Shown piece after piece: positions 38,201 through 53,580 of a DNA stretch of 64,000 nt (the first letter of the stretch is position 1; each line of letters starts with the position of its first letter). The position numbers were made by a program, and so were the translations under genes. Origin of the DNA: Rhynchobatus australiae (taxonomy: Eukaryota); the NCBI GenBank assembly GCA_034780895.1, contig JAUZTB010000057.1, positions 13,236,267-13,300,266 of the forward strand, given 5' to 3'. The notes under the pieces were generated by a model. That model did no database searches. It had not been told where the DNA came from and saw only the letters and a list, made by a program, of their open reading frames with translations.

Positions 38201-41200
38201 AGCTAAGGAGGTGGGATCAGGACATATTTAAAACCTGGTCCTCCAAGGATCTCAAAGTGGGAGTTTGAGGGTCACTGGGCCAAGCGCAGGTTACAGGGTT
38301 GGGGTCTGGACCAAATAGATATTTGAGGTCATTGGGGGTTGGGGCCTTGGGGAATCTGAGGGTGCCTAGTGTCAGTGTATGAAGTGGTTTGGTGGTGGTC
38401 AGTACTGCTTGGGGAAGAGCAAGGAAGGTTTTGGTTCCCAAAGTGTAAAAAGTAAGTATAGGACTTGTCATAGTGGGATCCTGATAAGCTGTGAAGACTT
38501 TTTTGTTCCCGTTGTCCCAATGACCACCACTCCCAGGATAATTTTGTTCAATTTCTTTGCACATTTTCAAAAGGAGAGTTGCACAGATAATGCCATGGAA
38601 ACCACCCCCATTGTGCAGGCTTAACACATTCCAGGAAGTGCCTCATCGAATTTTGGGAGTAACACCAAATGATTGGCAATTGGCCATTAATGTATTTCAC
38701 TCCCTGATGAGTACGGCTTCAGTGGTGTGACATGGACATAAACAGCACTACCCAATCTTATTTCCAGACATTCATGTTTTATGTATTCAGGGTATCAAAT
38801 GACTTACAATTAAACTCATGTTTATAAACAATCTTGCAATGTGTGTTTTAGCTTGATGTTTGAACACCCTAAACCGTGATCGTTGATGAAATATCTGAAT
38901 CAAAGTTAAATATAGTGCAGTTTACTGAGGATATTATAAATGAAGAAATATTCTAAAATTAGATCAGAGTTTCCAATCCACTTTATAATATTCAATATTT
39001 GATATTTGTGTGTAACCTCGACATGGATCTTAATTTGATATTTAACATGCATTTTAAAGACTGAAAAGGACCGTCTCAATGACTGCATACATGTGCAAAA
39101 GATATAACTTTTAAATAGGTTTTGAGGAAGACATGCAAAAGAAATACCAGAATGGTAAAACTGGATTAGAAGAATGGGATCCTGTATTCTCCTCCACCTC
39201 ACTGATGCTGTGGCACGAAGTTCACTTTCATCTCTCTCAGGAGAAAACACAGAAACTTCATGATTTTTTATAAATTCTCATCTTTAGGTGTAAAGTTACA
39301 AAATGATTGCAAATATTTTCTGTTCTGTGAATCCACCTGCTGAAATTTAACTGAGATTTAGCCAACAGATTCTGTCATTTTGATAGAAAAATCCCTGTCT
39401 GTATCAGATGATCGGGTCAGTGTTCAGTCAGTAAGGTTATCAGAGTTAGGAGAAACATGCAGTCATGTAATGAAGTGGACACACGTCTCCAACGTGCAAT
39501 GGAAAAGGATTTGGATATATGTTTATTAAAATTGTTCTGTGCTCATTCCATATTTAGGAATATTTCAGATTACAGCAGTATTAATAGATTATTCATGTAA
39601 ATTCATGTCAAGTTATCAATTTTTTAAATTAACAACAAAGCTGCATTTTAAAATACAAAGTTTCTGTATAGTGTAAATAAAAGGAGCATTTTTTCAATTA
39701 TCTTCTTAAGGTAGTGTAAATGGACTAGTATGTCCAATCTTCCTCTCACCGACTTCTGTTCTTCCCTTCACCACCAATCCACACCCCACCCACCTCACCG
39801 CTGCTAGTGACTCTTACTTTCGAAATCCCTATCTAATGCTGGTCTTTGTTATGCTACGTTTCATATTATTTACATAACCTTACAATAAAGTTAAATTGCC
39901 ACAAGCAACGTGGTTAAGAATATTATGAAGAGTTTTACAGCAATGCTATTCCTGTCCAGGGCAATGTTTATAATGGTTTTTCTGGAATTTAAATTGAAGT
40001 ACGTTTTTTATACTTACACTTTAGAATGACCATTATTTTCAATTTGATGGGATGAAATACAATTGTTATGAATAAGTATCACCAAGTCAAGTATCGCTCA
40101 CTCAAATCTTCTTCAAAGATTTTGCATACTTGGAGAGGATCGGCTATTATCAATATCTGCAAACACTTGCATCTAAATGTGGTGTGCCATTGTAAAGAGC
40201 AATTGGACAAATTTATACAGTTATGTAACACTGAAAGTGGCAAAAAATAAATTATTGTATTGTTATTCAGTTATGATGGAGCTGTGTACTCAGAAGTCAA
40301 AGAAAGAGTCTATAGCAAAACCACTGAATAGAATTTGGCAAACTATCCCATTTATCTAAAGAGCAAAACTTATGTTCCTCCAATTAATAGAAAGAGTTAT
40401 TTTGACAGTCACAGTGGAGGTTTTTTGTTTGTGTACAACTAAACTGATTTTTCCTTAAAGCTGCTTCCCCTTACCTGAAAAATGATTATTAATTTCCAAA
40501 TGTGGTACTCCAATATATGTACTAAAATTTGTGGTTCTACTTTAGTCATGATTCACATTATAGGCTTTTAGGATCTGTGTAAGCATTTTCAATGATTGCT
40601 GAATAGATGAATTGACTTGAAGTATGTTTACAATGAAAATGATTTGTTGCGTGATTCATTTTGGCTCCATTTGGCTTTGTTTCATGTTGTGTAAAACCAT
40701 TGCGACATAGAACCCCTATTATACAATTTAAAGACATCAATAAAGCAGCATGCAAAGTATGCAAATATTTACAATTAATAAAGCACATGACTGCTAGTAC
40801 CAATAATTTGCAGTGTATGCATCATAGCTCTTTGAACAGTAATCCCTCTCAATTTTCTTAATATGCATAATATTTATTTTCTTACATATAGCATCTGCAA
40901 ACTTTTGCGATGAATTTTGCCTCAATATTATAAAGCAGTATTCTGTAGATCATAGAATTTTTTCCTGATTATTTTTTAAAATAAAGATCACCTTATATTA
41001 TTTATTGTACTGAAAAATACTAATGGACTCCTCAAATTATTAAACTACCATCATTTTTATCTATTGACAGTGATAAAGTACTGGGTATCAATAATGCCAA
41101 CATTTTCAAAATTAATCTAAAGAACTTTCTGACAAGGCCATCAGTAGAAATGTAGAACAGAAATATTAATACAGCAATCTTAAGTCCATGCAAGTGATAT

Positions 41201-43887
41201 GTCTAAAGTAGGCAATATTTTAAAATAAGTAATTTTAAAACGTAAATTTTATTTTCTGCTGTAGTTGGGGAAATGCTACACAAAAAGAAACTATGTGGCA
41301 CTTATCGGTTAATTATTCGCCTATAGTTATATTTTATTTAGTGGAATTAAACAACAGCCATTACTATCACTGCATGATNNNNNNNNNNNNNNNNNNNNNN
41401 NNNNNNNNNNNNNNNNNNNNNNNNNNNNNNNNNNNNNNNNNNNNNNNNNNNNNNNNNNNNNNNNGTAATTTGTATCCAAATAAAAAACTAGGAATGAAAA
41501 TACAATATTTCATTAAAAATAATTGATTTTGAAAGAAGCATTTCAACATGCATTGCTACACTCAGGAAAAACATAAACTGAAAAAAAATCTTGTTTTAAT
41601 ATTGTGCCTTTACTGTCAGGTGGCCTATCTTTAGATTAATTGTCAAATGGCAATAGCATCAGTAACAATTGAAGCAATATGCTGTGACTGATTACTAGTT
41701 TTATTATAGCTGTTGTTGAAAATATTTCTGGATGAGCAATCACAAATCCATTTTGAGAGAGCTGGAATATGTTGTTACAGATGTTTTTATTTAGCCTTAT
41801 CAATATGTGTCACTTAAGAAAACTTGGTTGTAGCATCATGCCTCAGTTTTAAATAGCACCTGAAGGGAATTGAACAACCTAAAAATTATCATGATAATAC
41901 TTTCCTGAAATAAATTGCTATAATTTGTCAGAGTCTCATGCCTACAAACCAAATGTGATCCTTTAATCTAGTTAAGTCCATTTGTGACATTAAACATCCA
42001 TTTTTAGACTCTGGGAAAAAAATGAATAGCTTTTATAGAATTTGGTTAAAGAATTTGTAACATGGTATAATTTGATTGAATGGCAGAAATGTTCACAATG
42101 CCAATATTAGGACTGCTTACAGGAGGGGCATGATAGGCTCAATGCAGAAATGGATTGTTAATTGTCCATGAATTTGTAAAATTTCATCAAGAAGCTGAAA
42201 TATTGCACACTGTATATTTGACCAAGTTCAAGGCTTTGATGAGCCCACAACTATTGCCTGTTTTTGTCATTATAAGGTTGATATTTTTATTTATGCAGAG
42301 TGAATGGAAGGTGCAAAGACATTTTCATAGACATGTGCAATAATGTGATTGTTAGGAACAGGGAAACAGCTGAGCTATATAATATTTACAAGCAGAAAAA
42401 AATTCCAAAGCCAGCAAAATAAGTTGTTACAGAAATAAGTACCATGGGAAAATAAGAATTCCATTCAGTACAGGCCACTGATAATCAGGACAACAGACAT
42501 TTTCTGTAGCCATCCCGTTTTTGTAAAATATGTTCAAAGATTAAATATAAATATATTTTCAGATGAGTATATGGATATCAATATATTATAACATTGGCAT
42601 CTATGCTAGCTCAGAATTTGGCAATAACCTAATGGCAAAAAGCAAAGGTCAGCACCATAATTATACAAAGTGTGTCTTTCTGAAATTAATTTCTGCTGTA
42701 AAGCTTAATATTATCATCACTTATGGGAAATACTTCAATTTAAAAAAATAAATTAAGAGATTTTTTTCATTTTAAAAGTAACCTTTCTTTTTTATAGATC
42801 TCCCTGCACCATACATTATTCCTGTGCTGAGAAATTTGGCAGTTTATCTTCTCCAAGCATCTGCCAGTGCCACTGTGTAAATGCCTGCTAAGAAGTGCAC
42901 GAAAGGAGGTTGGAGTGATTTTTCCTTTGATGTCATGCTCCTTGTTGAGGAAAATTGCCTAACCTCGATGCTGTTAGATTTACAAATTGTTTGAAATAAA
43001 TATTTACAGTTTCAAAATTCTCCCTTTAAAACTTCAAATATTTTGGGCTCAGAATAAACCAATAAATTATTTCATGAAAGATTACCTGGACTACTTGTTA
43101 TTTATTTTGCTAATCACTTTTAGGAATGATTTAGTTCCAAAAAAATATTAATAAACTAGGTCCCACCTCTGTAAAAGATGTTATTCATAAAGGTCTAGGA
43201 AGTTTAAACCTATTACTTTCAGCTAATTCAATTTTCTTGTTTGGTTTAAATTGATTGGAATAAATGTTAAGGACAGTACTTAGCTTTTCCCTGGAGTCAT
43301 CAAATATCAGGGAGTGTCCTCGTTAATATTTTGAATCGGAGAGNNNNNNNNNNNNNNNNNNNNNNNNNNNNNNNNNNNNNNNNNNNNNNNNNNNNNNNNN
43401 NNNNNGTTTATTTATTTAGTTCATTTCCACACAATCATCTGTGATCCCAAATATCATTATTTATGTTCAATTTCAATGCATCGGGCATCATCTATATTAG
43501 GTGATTTATAGAATATAATTAAAGACATAAAATAGATGTAAAATTCTGATAAACGCTGGAATATCTCACAGCAATCATTTTGAATGGTTTAAAAGTGAAA
43601 TAGAGCAAGATAAATGTGGAGTTAAAAGGAAAGATGCCCCTTGTTGACCTTCACATGGGAGACTTTCAACCAATTTACTGTTTTAATGGATGACAACCAT
43701 AATAGTGCAAACAAATAACAGCACATTGAATACTATTTTGGACAGTAATTAAATTTTGAAGGAGGACACTTTTTAATGAATTTATCAGATTATTACTGTG
43801 CATGGATTTAAACTGGTGGCAAGATTACTTCCGTCTTTGGGAAAAAAAATAAGAGGTGTAAACCTGCTGAGATAATAAAAAGTACAG

Positions 43888-44480
43888 CGTGCAGATAACC
43901 CAGGCCCCAGTGTTATTGGTTCATGGCTGTACGATCCGCGCCAACCAGCGCCACCAGCGGGTCAGGGGCGCCACAGCAGCCGAGGCGGCTGGTGCCCGAC
44001 GTTCGGCTGTAGGACACGCCCCCCCCCTTTCCCTTTACCAGCCCCTCTCCGCCGTCGGTGTTGGGGGGGGGGAGTGTGAGGGGGCGGGAAGGTGCGTCTG
44101 ACACGTGACGCGCGGGGAGCCAATCGTTGGCGGGGAAAAGGCGAGCGCCTCCTTGCTGTCGCCATTACGCTGTGTGTGTGTGTGTGTGTATCTGAGAGAG
44201 TGAGTGAGAGAGTATGTGAGTGAGAGAGAGAGAGAGAGAGCAGCAGCAGCAGCCTGCAACGGCGGCAGCGGCACCAAGAGCGGCGGCCGGCCGGCACCGA
44301 ATTCTCCTTTCTTTTTTTTATATATAACTTGGGTGGTGGACGCAGAAGACAACAACACTCTTGGGGGAGAGACAGAGACAGACAGAGAGAGGAAAAAAAA
44401 GAGAATTATAATTAAACCTTTTGGGAGCCTGCTGAATTAAAGCGGACAGTCTCTGGGCGGACGTCACTCCTTCCATCGCT
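43888..44480 (+). promoter_or_regulatory. CpG-island promoter of MED13L
   Basis: The only CpG-dense tract in the window. Motifs: KLF/SP-like CACGCCCCC ~44014, GC box GGGGCGGG 44081-44088, E-box CACGTGAC 44102-44109, NF-Y AGCCAATC (CCAAT 44120-44124), YY1-like CGCCATT 44160-44166, CRE-like GACGTCAC ~44460. No TATA box adjacent to these motifs. Confidence 0.85.
44171..44253 (+). repeat. Compound microsatellite (TG)n-(GA)n-(CAG)4 at the promoter/5'UTR boundary
   Basis: Read directly from sequence. Confidence 0.9.
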
Positions 44481-44689
44481 GTGGAGATTTTTAGTTCTAA
44501 TTTTTTAAAATATTTATTGCTTATTATTTTTGTGTGTGTGCGCGCGAGGAGGTGGTGGCGTTGGGGGTCTGATTTTTTTTTAAACTTATCCACATCCCCC
44601 CCCCCTCGCCACCCCTTTCCCCTCCCCTCCTCCCTGGATCTGTGTACATATTTATTATTTTTTTTTGCAAACCAAGACGGAATCTTTAA

Positions 44690-45839
<1,150 letters not shown>

Positions 45840-46077
45840 GCTGAATTAACCGGCATCAAATGGCGTAGGTACAGTTTCCAGGGACTTGGGGGCTGTGGTC
45901 CCATCATCTCAGCACCAGCTCAGGATGATCCTATTTTGCAGACATTTATTAGATGTCTACAGGCCAATCTGCTGTGTGTATGGCGACGAGATGTGAGACC
46001 TGAAGCCAAGGAATTGTGGATTTACTGGTGGGGAGAGGAACCGAATCTAGTTGATATAATTCATCATGAATTACGAG
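45840..46077 (+). CDS. MED13L: MED13L coding exon 2 ([79 protein letters not shown])
   Basis: Acceptor ...aaccaacAG at 45838-45839, then a 238-nt open exon in frame with exon 1 and a phase-1 donor G/GTGAGT at 46078. The translation closely matches the MED13L N-terminal domain ([32 protein letters not shown], ELWxxWWGxEPNL). Confidence 0.97.
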
Positions 46078-49000
46078 GTGAGTTGAATCTTTCTTCAATA
46101 AAACAGTTGAAGTGAAGGAAGAGTTCACATGTTTACTATTTTTAAGGCTTGCACTAATAATTTGAAGGTGTATGTATGATGTATCAAATCTTGGAGGATT
46201 TGTTCCCTTGCAAACCTGTCTTGAATGCTTTGTTTGATTTTGGGCTTGCCCCAGAAAATGGTTTTATGACCATTTATTGCAGAGATGTATTTGTTAGTAA
46301 TTTAAAAAGAGAATTCTTTGTGGGATTTTCATTTTGATTTTCCAGAACTGACAGGGACTTTCAAAAGATCTCAGGAACTGTTAGTTATGATATCAGAAAT
46401 TGACTTTGACTGTTCTTGTGTTGCCTTTTTAAAAAACAAATCATTGAAAGTATTTGTAGAAATCTTCCCCACTCACCTGCAGAAGCTCTTGTTGATTTGA
46501 GTGTGGTGGATGTTTTGGGTGCTTTGTGTTCAGATAGAAATGCATTGTTTTAAGTGGCTGGTGTTTTACAGCCTTTGGCCTCTGGAAAGCTCCAGAGGGG
46601 CCTTCTGCAAGGTAATTTGACTCTGTCAGCAGGATAGTTGTATACTATTTACTGCGAGAATTCTTAGAATTCCTAACTATTCTCTTCTACGTTTCAGATT
46701 GTCTTCCACTTTTAAAATGCTGATGCATTAATTGTTGGTGTAAATTTTGTTGCATATTCTTTTGTAGCATTTGCACACTAGATGTTATAGTATACATTGT
46801 GGAAAAAGTAATTTCTTATTTGCATATATAAGTGCAAACAAATTGAATAGAACTTGCTCTGCACAGTAAAGATTTTATGGATAGTGAATTTAGTGGCCTG
46901 GAAACACATTTCAGCTGTTGGGGAGCCCCCTTACTCAGAGATCAAACACTTAGCAAGAAACTTGTGCAGGATGATGTGGTCGACGACAGCTGTGAATTTT
47001 TTTGTTGAGGCATGCTATGGCTGTGGATTTAAGCCTTTTTTTTTGCACTTTTGGATGAAAAATAGTAAAGTGATGTAAAATCAAAATGCTATTTTGTTGA
47101 ATATCCATTATTGTTATAAATTGGTAAGCTATTCTGCCTTTCTTAAAGAGTATTATGGCACATGTTGAGCAGTTGCATGCCAACATTTAAGAAATGGTTT
47201 GGGAAAAGTTATTCGCCAAGAACCATGAAAACAGGTCTGTGAATGAAGGATTTGCATGTGTCATCTAGTTAATGAATTTTGGTAACTTGTTTGACTTTTG
47301 GCTTCTATTACTTTGCCTTTCTGTCATTACCTTGTACTTTGTTTAACATCTGTGAGCACAGATAACTAATCATTCTGTGGACATTAGTTGCAGATTGGTA
47401 GTTTAAAAAAAATGTTGGCTTAAGTGCAAAAGTAAATAGCAGTTTCCAGTTATAGTTCTGTCTGTGGTTAAATCTTTCTGGAACTTTCTTTAGAAGAATT
47501 ATAGATACTGTCCATCAAGGTTCTATATGAAATGTGAGTTGGCAGTGAATTGAAATTAAGCTGACAATTGATATATTAACATCTTTTGTATATCTTGGTT
47601 ACATAGTACCTATTGTGAAATTTCAGTAGAAAGGTTGAAATATTTTGAGACTTGAAGATCAGACTCTGCAGTGGTAACAGTTACAGTATTCTGCAATAGG
47701 AATTAAATAGAAATAGTAAAACCACAATTTGTTCTGGTGTGCACTGTTTGTCACTAGGGTGACGCTGATGTAAGCATTTTGTAGTTGAGGAATGTTTTTG
47801 CTGTCTTCTAATGTAGCTGAGCTAGGCTACATTAACCTGGGTATTTTTAAAATATTTAATTACTTTTTTAAACTGCAGCTTCTTCATTTGTGGGGATTTG
47901 ATACTAGCACAGGTTATAGGAAAAATCAAGCACTTTTTTTTAAGCTTCTAGGCTTTATTAATGAGCAATCAAGGCACACATTTTTGAAGTGAAAGCAGAA
48001 ATAATTTTTGATTTCTCAACCTGCACTTTGTGCTTCATAACTTTCTTATCTTTAAAAGATTAAATGTCAGTGACGTTGCATGTTGTACTTAATGAGGGAA
48101 ATTGTCAGTGTCATGTGTTGATCAGATTTAGTTATAGTATCTTGAAATCAGCTGTTGGAAATTTTTTGGCTACTTCAGTTTAGAAGAAGTTAGAATTGAC
48201 ATTTCTTTGAAAGGTCATTATTACTTTAAGCACTGAATTTTTTTGGTTAGTTAGACTGAGTCTTCTCTGTTGCTGATAGGTTTATTTTCCTGCTTGTTTC
48301 TTGGTTCCTTATTTTCAAGCAGTGAAAAATCATTACTATTCTGGAAGTTAATTAGAAAGTAGTTCACAAAATAGGTCTAAGTTTTTAGCTTTCTGTAAAC
48401 TATTAAACAGTAATATTTCATTAGTGAATTAATAATTTGTAGCTCTGGCCAGTTGCTATTTGTCAGACAGCTTCTCACATTGGATAGAGATTTGAAATAG
48501 TGTGAAAAATGATGTTTCGTATGCCTGAACTTGGCTTGGAGACACTTTGTAGTTGCTTCGAGGAGCTGAATTTAAATGCATGGCCATAATGAGATGCTAT
48601 TGTAGCTGCTCATTGTGGGTGGAGTTTGAAGGATGCAGAACTGTAAGTATATTGTCTGAATGTGCAGCCTGTTTCATTTCCATTCAGACCAAAAGCCATT
48701 TCAGAGGTCACAGGCATTCCTGAATTAGGGATAACTGCAGGTATTGCACATGGTCGTTTAAGTGAATCATGACCACTTCAGTTTTTAAATGTGCATATTG
48801 CACTAATGAAACTTTAAATTCAAGCATTGTTTAGTGAGTGTGGCTTTTAAACTTTGATGGAAAGTTTAAAATTAAACTGTGAGAGTCTTTATATTGAAGA
48901 TAAAGTAAGCTTAAATGCATTTGGGGATTTGCCCCACCCACTCTAGCAGTTGTAGAGATGTTATAAAGCGAGCCAAGAAACCCTTTTGAATAAAGGTTTT

Positions 49001-52000
49001 TGAATTGATGCAAGTTTGTTTGCCTTCATGTTGCATACAGCAGACTGTTACTGTTTGCTCCTTTCTCAGTGTTGATTCTGTATCCTTTTTCTCTTCCATT
49101 TGCATGTTGTGGTGTAGGAGGCAGCCACTAACTGCTGCAGTGGCCTTGCATGCTCTAACTTGTGGTTTCCCCTTTAATCCCTACTTTCTCAGCTGTTGTT
49201 TTACCCCTTTTGGTGTCCCACCATCCTGTTACCACTTCAGTTGGTGCTGCTGTCAGACAAAAGTTTCACAACTTTTTGATGAATTTGCAAACTCTTGTTC
49301 TTGCTCAACTGTTAGCTACCATATTTTTACTTTTGTTTTGGTCATCACTCTTGTTCACCTCTTCTGTTGTTCCAGATTGATCAAATTATTAAACTCTTCC
49401 TCTGGATTAATAAGCCTCAAATTTATAGAACATACAAGTTGCAACAAATAGGTTATTTGGCAAATGTCTTTATCCCACACACTGCTTTAAAAGATGTGTT
49501 GATTATAAACTTTGGTTAATGATCTCCAAACATTGATTTTGGATAGAAAGTATTTTGCCATTAGAATTAACATGATTATCCAAACGAGAAAATTCGTTAA
49601 TTTGTAGGTGTTCAGACTGCATAATCCAAACTTCACTTAGAGTCAGTACTGCAGACTAAAGTATGGATAAGCTCAGAATGTGGGGGAAAAGTTTTAATGC
49701 AGGCATAAGAAGGCCTAGTCATGCAGTTAATTATGTAATATCAACTTTATGAATTTTCAGCGTGTTTATTTTGGTTATTGTAATTTTATTTACTGAAGTG
49801 TGTGGTGGGGGTGCGGGGGGATGCTGGAGGGAACAAATTGGGTAACTGTGATTTGTGGCAACACTGACTAGATTCTGCAATCTGATGTTATGTCCTTACA
49901 GTAAGATAGCATCTGTTGTTTCACAGTGTGACACCTTACCTTTCAAAGTACTTTCATAGTGCCACCTGCAGGAATATCAAGTACTGCAGGTGTTTGAGTT
50001 TGCAATGAAGTCTCAAAAATTGATTTTTATAAAGTTTAGCTTGATTACTTTGCACCACTAATTTTCTATATCCATATACATTTTGGCAGCAATTTTATGT
50101 AGGTGAAACAGAAGTCAACCTCTATTTTATTATTTTTCCATTGGCTGTTTAAGACCTGGAATTGGACTGATGCTTTAGTCAAAATGTTAGAATCTGTTAT
50201 GCACTCCTATACATTATCTTTCTCCTGACATAATGTAGAGGAGGATTGGCATAAATTTCAGTGATTATGTAGTCAGAAGTTAATGGTGCCAATTTATATT
50301 TCTGTGGCCTCTATTAGAGAAAAACATCATCAGTGGTTACAGCATTATTGGATAAATGTAATGATGATAATTTTATCTGAACAGAACTTTAGCTAAATAG
50401 TTGGAATTTAAGGATTAACTTGAGGAAAAGCAGGCAGGAAGATTTAAGAAACATTTTCCAAAGCATAGGGCCTTGGCAGGTGATGGCAGGGTCATTAGTG
50501 ATGGAATGATTACATTTGGGGTATACATGGCCAGAAATGGAGGAGTGCACCTTTTGAGCATTATGTAACCAGAATGACTTGGCGATGAAGTGGGTCAAGG
50601 CCATAATTTTCTGTGTTACCAATGTCTGAAGATTACTTTCTAAAATGCTGATTCCAGTTTAAAAAATATATTGAATGCTTCTGAAACATTCAGAATAAAT
50701 TCTGTTTTGTAATTAATCGTAAAGCACTTGTGATAGAATGTCTAATGGTTATATTCTGATGGTTTGGTATTGCAGAAATTTATAATCTTGTTTCAATTTG
50801 TTCAGCAGCTGAAATGAAAGGGATTTTCCAGTGATGTGTTGCTGAAAATTGTTTTCTAAAGTGTATTTTGGTATTTCTAACTATTGGAAGCTGTGTTCCT
50901 TGGTTTAGACCTAATAGTTTTTTGGAAAGGTTTTACTTTGCAGGGTAGTAACTGACATTCATTTATACTTTTGAGCTTCACTCCAAATGACTGGAACAGA
51001 CTATGTTTGTGCAGTATTGTGGGAGTGTCAATTTATGTGATGTTGAGCACGTTGTTGCGTATTTCCAGATTCGTCTGCAGAACTGTCGTGCTTTTGGCTG
51101 AATTGCGTTGTAACTAATTCAGTAATTGATGTCATAGATTATACTGTCATTATTTTTCAGTTATTGGGGAGGATTTAATTCTCACCTAATAAAAACTCAT
51201 CTGACCTGTTGTGTCCATAATGTAACGTTTCTCCCAAAGCTCTACAAATACTTTGTTTGACACAGCACTAATGTGCCAAGTTGTGAAAAATGTTTTTTTT
51301 GCAGAGAGTTTGTATTCCTTCCCAGAAAAAGCAATGAAAACAGTTTGTGCAAAAATGTGATTGGTCCAAGTGGTGTGCATTATGTTGTGGTCACCTCTGT
51401 AATTTTTATTGTTGGGATTTGGACACTTTCAGAGAGAATGCATGTTATTTTTACCATCTAAATAATAGTGCAAAGCCATAGTTTCATGAATGACATTTAT
51501 TGCAAGTTTCAAGCATGTTTTTATTATTGTGGCGAACCATGAACATGATGACCTGATTGGTAGATAGTGTACTTTTCAAAATACATGTGCCCTTATGGCT
51601 AATGTTCTGCATTATAGTAAATCATGGGCTTAAAATCAGATAATGAGGTAGTGCATTATGTAGATCCAAAATATCTATCTTGACAAAACAAGTTTAAATA
51701 ATTATCCTTTACTTTTTGGCAACTTTAATTCAAAATCTTGGCACTTTTTTCCCTTTTGGCCCAAATATTTGTAACATCTTTTGACTGCAGGAATAGATAC
51801 ATCTTATAGAAATCACTTTATTCTTTTGATGGCTGACTCTTATTGTTAAATATTGAATGATGTTTTTGCAACTGCTTAAACAGCATTCACATCATTTAGT
51901 GGAAATGATTGTAGTTCTATTTAGAGGTGTATGCCCAAATTGAAGGTTTTTGAACGTGGAAAAAAAATGAACTTTGTGTATAGGCTACATTTTGGTGCAT

Positions 52001-53187
52001 TGGNNNNNNNNNNNNNNNNNNNNNNNNNNNNNNNNNNNCAGCTAAACAAGCTAACCTTGTACTTACAATGTGTTAACTAAAGTTTTTTTTAAAGATGTTA
52101 GATTGGGGGGGAGGGAGGAAGATTACGATGCTTTGAACAAAGGAGAAAAATTGCAAATACAAGTAAATGCTGAGCTACTTTCTCAAACCTTAATGTGCAG
52201 TTTCTTTGTCTTGCAGAATCAGTGTAATAGTGTTAGTTGCATCACGTTATGATTTGCCAGCCCACGCGTGAATTATACATGTCTTTTTTTTTATATATTT
52301 TGGTTGTATAGTTGCCATATGTAATGTGGCAATTGTTACTTTTCAGATTTTGTTTCATGCTTACTCTGGAATGCTAAAATGAGGATAACTTTAAATCTTC
52401 CCTTTTAGATTGTACAAATAACCTCCATTTCCTTAAATATAATTTTATCTACTATGTTAAATGTAGCTCGTATTGCTCAGTGAAGCTCATCTTATTTGTT
52501 TGAATTTGATAGGGAAATATTGCCCAGGGCATTGGGATTCAATGACTCCCTTTTCCAATGGGCAGCCCTTAAGTTTACTTAGCAAAAAAGTCACAAGATC
52601 TTAAATTTGTCTATTGTCTACCCTTCCCAACTCCAGACTGGTCTCCTTTGCATTGTTTCCCGAATTCCTAAGTTGCTTGTTACTGGTAATGGTTGCTGGA
52701 TGTGAATTTGACAAATCGTTTGGTTTGCAAGCCAATTTATTAGAGTGCTTAACATTTTATTTTTATTGAGGCAATGTGAAATCATCGGTGTAGGTAGCTT
52801 GCTAAACTCTCAATCATGGAAAAATCTAGTGGAATGTGGCTATAAATTTTTGTAACAGATTTTGAAATATTAGCAGTTAATAGTAGCTTGTTCTTGATAG
52901 TGTTGTGTGGCTTTGGTGTCCTTTTTTGTTTTTGAAAGATGTCATGCATCAAAGGCTTGTGCTATCAACTGTTGCTTGTCTAAATGCTCTTAAGTATGTA
53001 TATTTTGTTAATAAATAGAGTTTGGTTATAATCTGGCTAATAGATTCAGATTATTTTACAAGATTACTTTGTATTTATGAATTGCTTTAAAGTTCACTCC
53101 CAGATTTCTTTATAACCTCCAGAACAATATTTTCCTTGATGTATACAAATTGCATGTGGAAGGATTTTCTGCACATATTTATATGCA

Positions 53188-53580
53188 AGTTTGGCATTGG
53201 TTTATTATTGTCGCTTGTTCCAAGGTGCAGTGAAAAACTTGTCTTGCATACAGTTTGTACAAGTCAATTCATTACTCAGTGCAGATACATCGAGTTAGTA
53301 CAGAGTGCATTGAGGTAGTTCAGGTAAAAACAATAACAGGGTACATAATAAAGTGTTACAGCTACAGAGGAAGTGCAGTGCGTGTAGACAATCGGGTGCA
53401 AGGTCACAACAAAATAGATTGTGAAGTCAAGAGTCCATCTTCGTATAAGGGAACCATTCCGTAGTCTAAATACAGTGGGATGGAAGCTGTCCTTGAGCTT
53501 GATGGTATGTGCCCTCTGGCTCCTGTATCTTCTGATGGGAGAGGAGAGAAGAGAGAATGACCTGGGTGGGTGGAGTCTTT
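53188..53580 (-). mobile_element. Rex1/Babar-like LINE 3' end in intron 2
   Basis: TTGGCATTGGTTTATTATTGTC..GTGCAGTGAAAAACTT..GAAGCTGTCCTTGAGC.TG.TGGTA, related to the 12893 and 59700 tails. Confidence 0.7.

Noticed and set aside
49005-49451. 148-aa Cys/Phe-rich ORF in intron 2
   Set aside because: Composition reflects T-rich intronic DNA; no domain or splice support.
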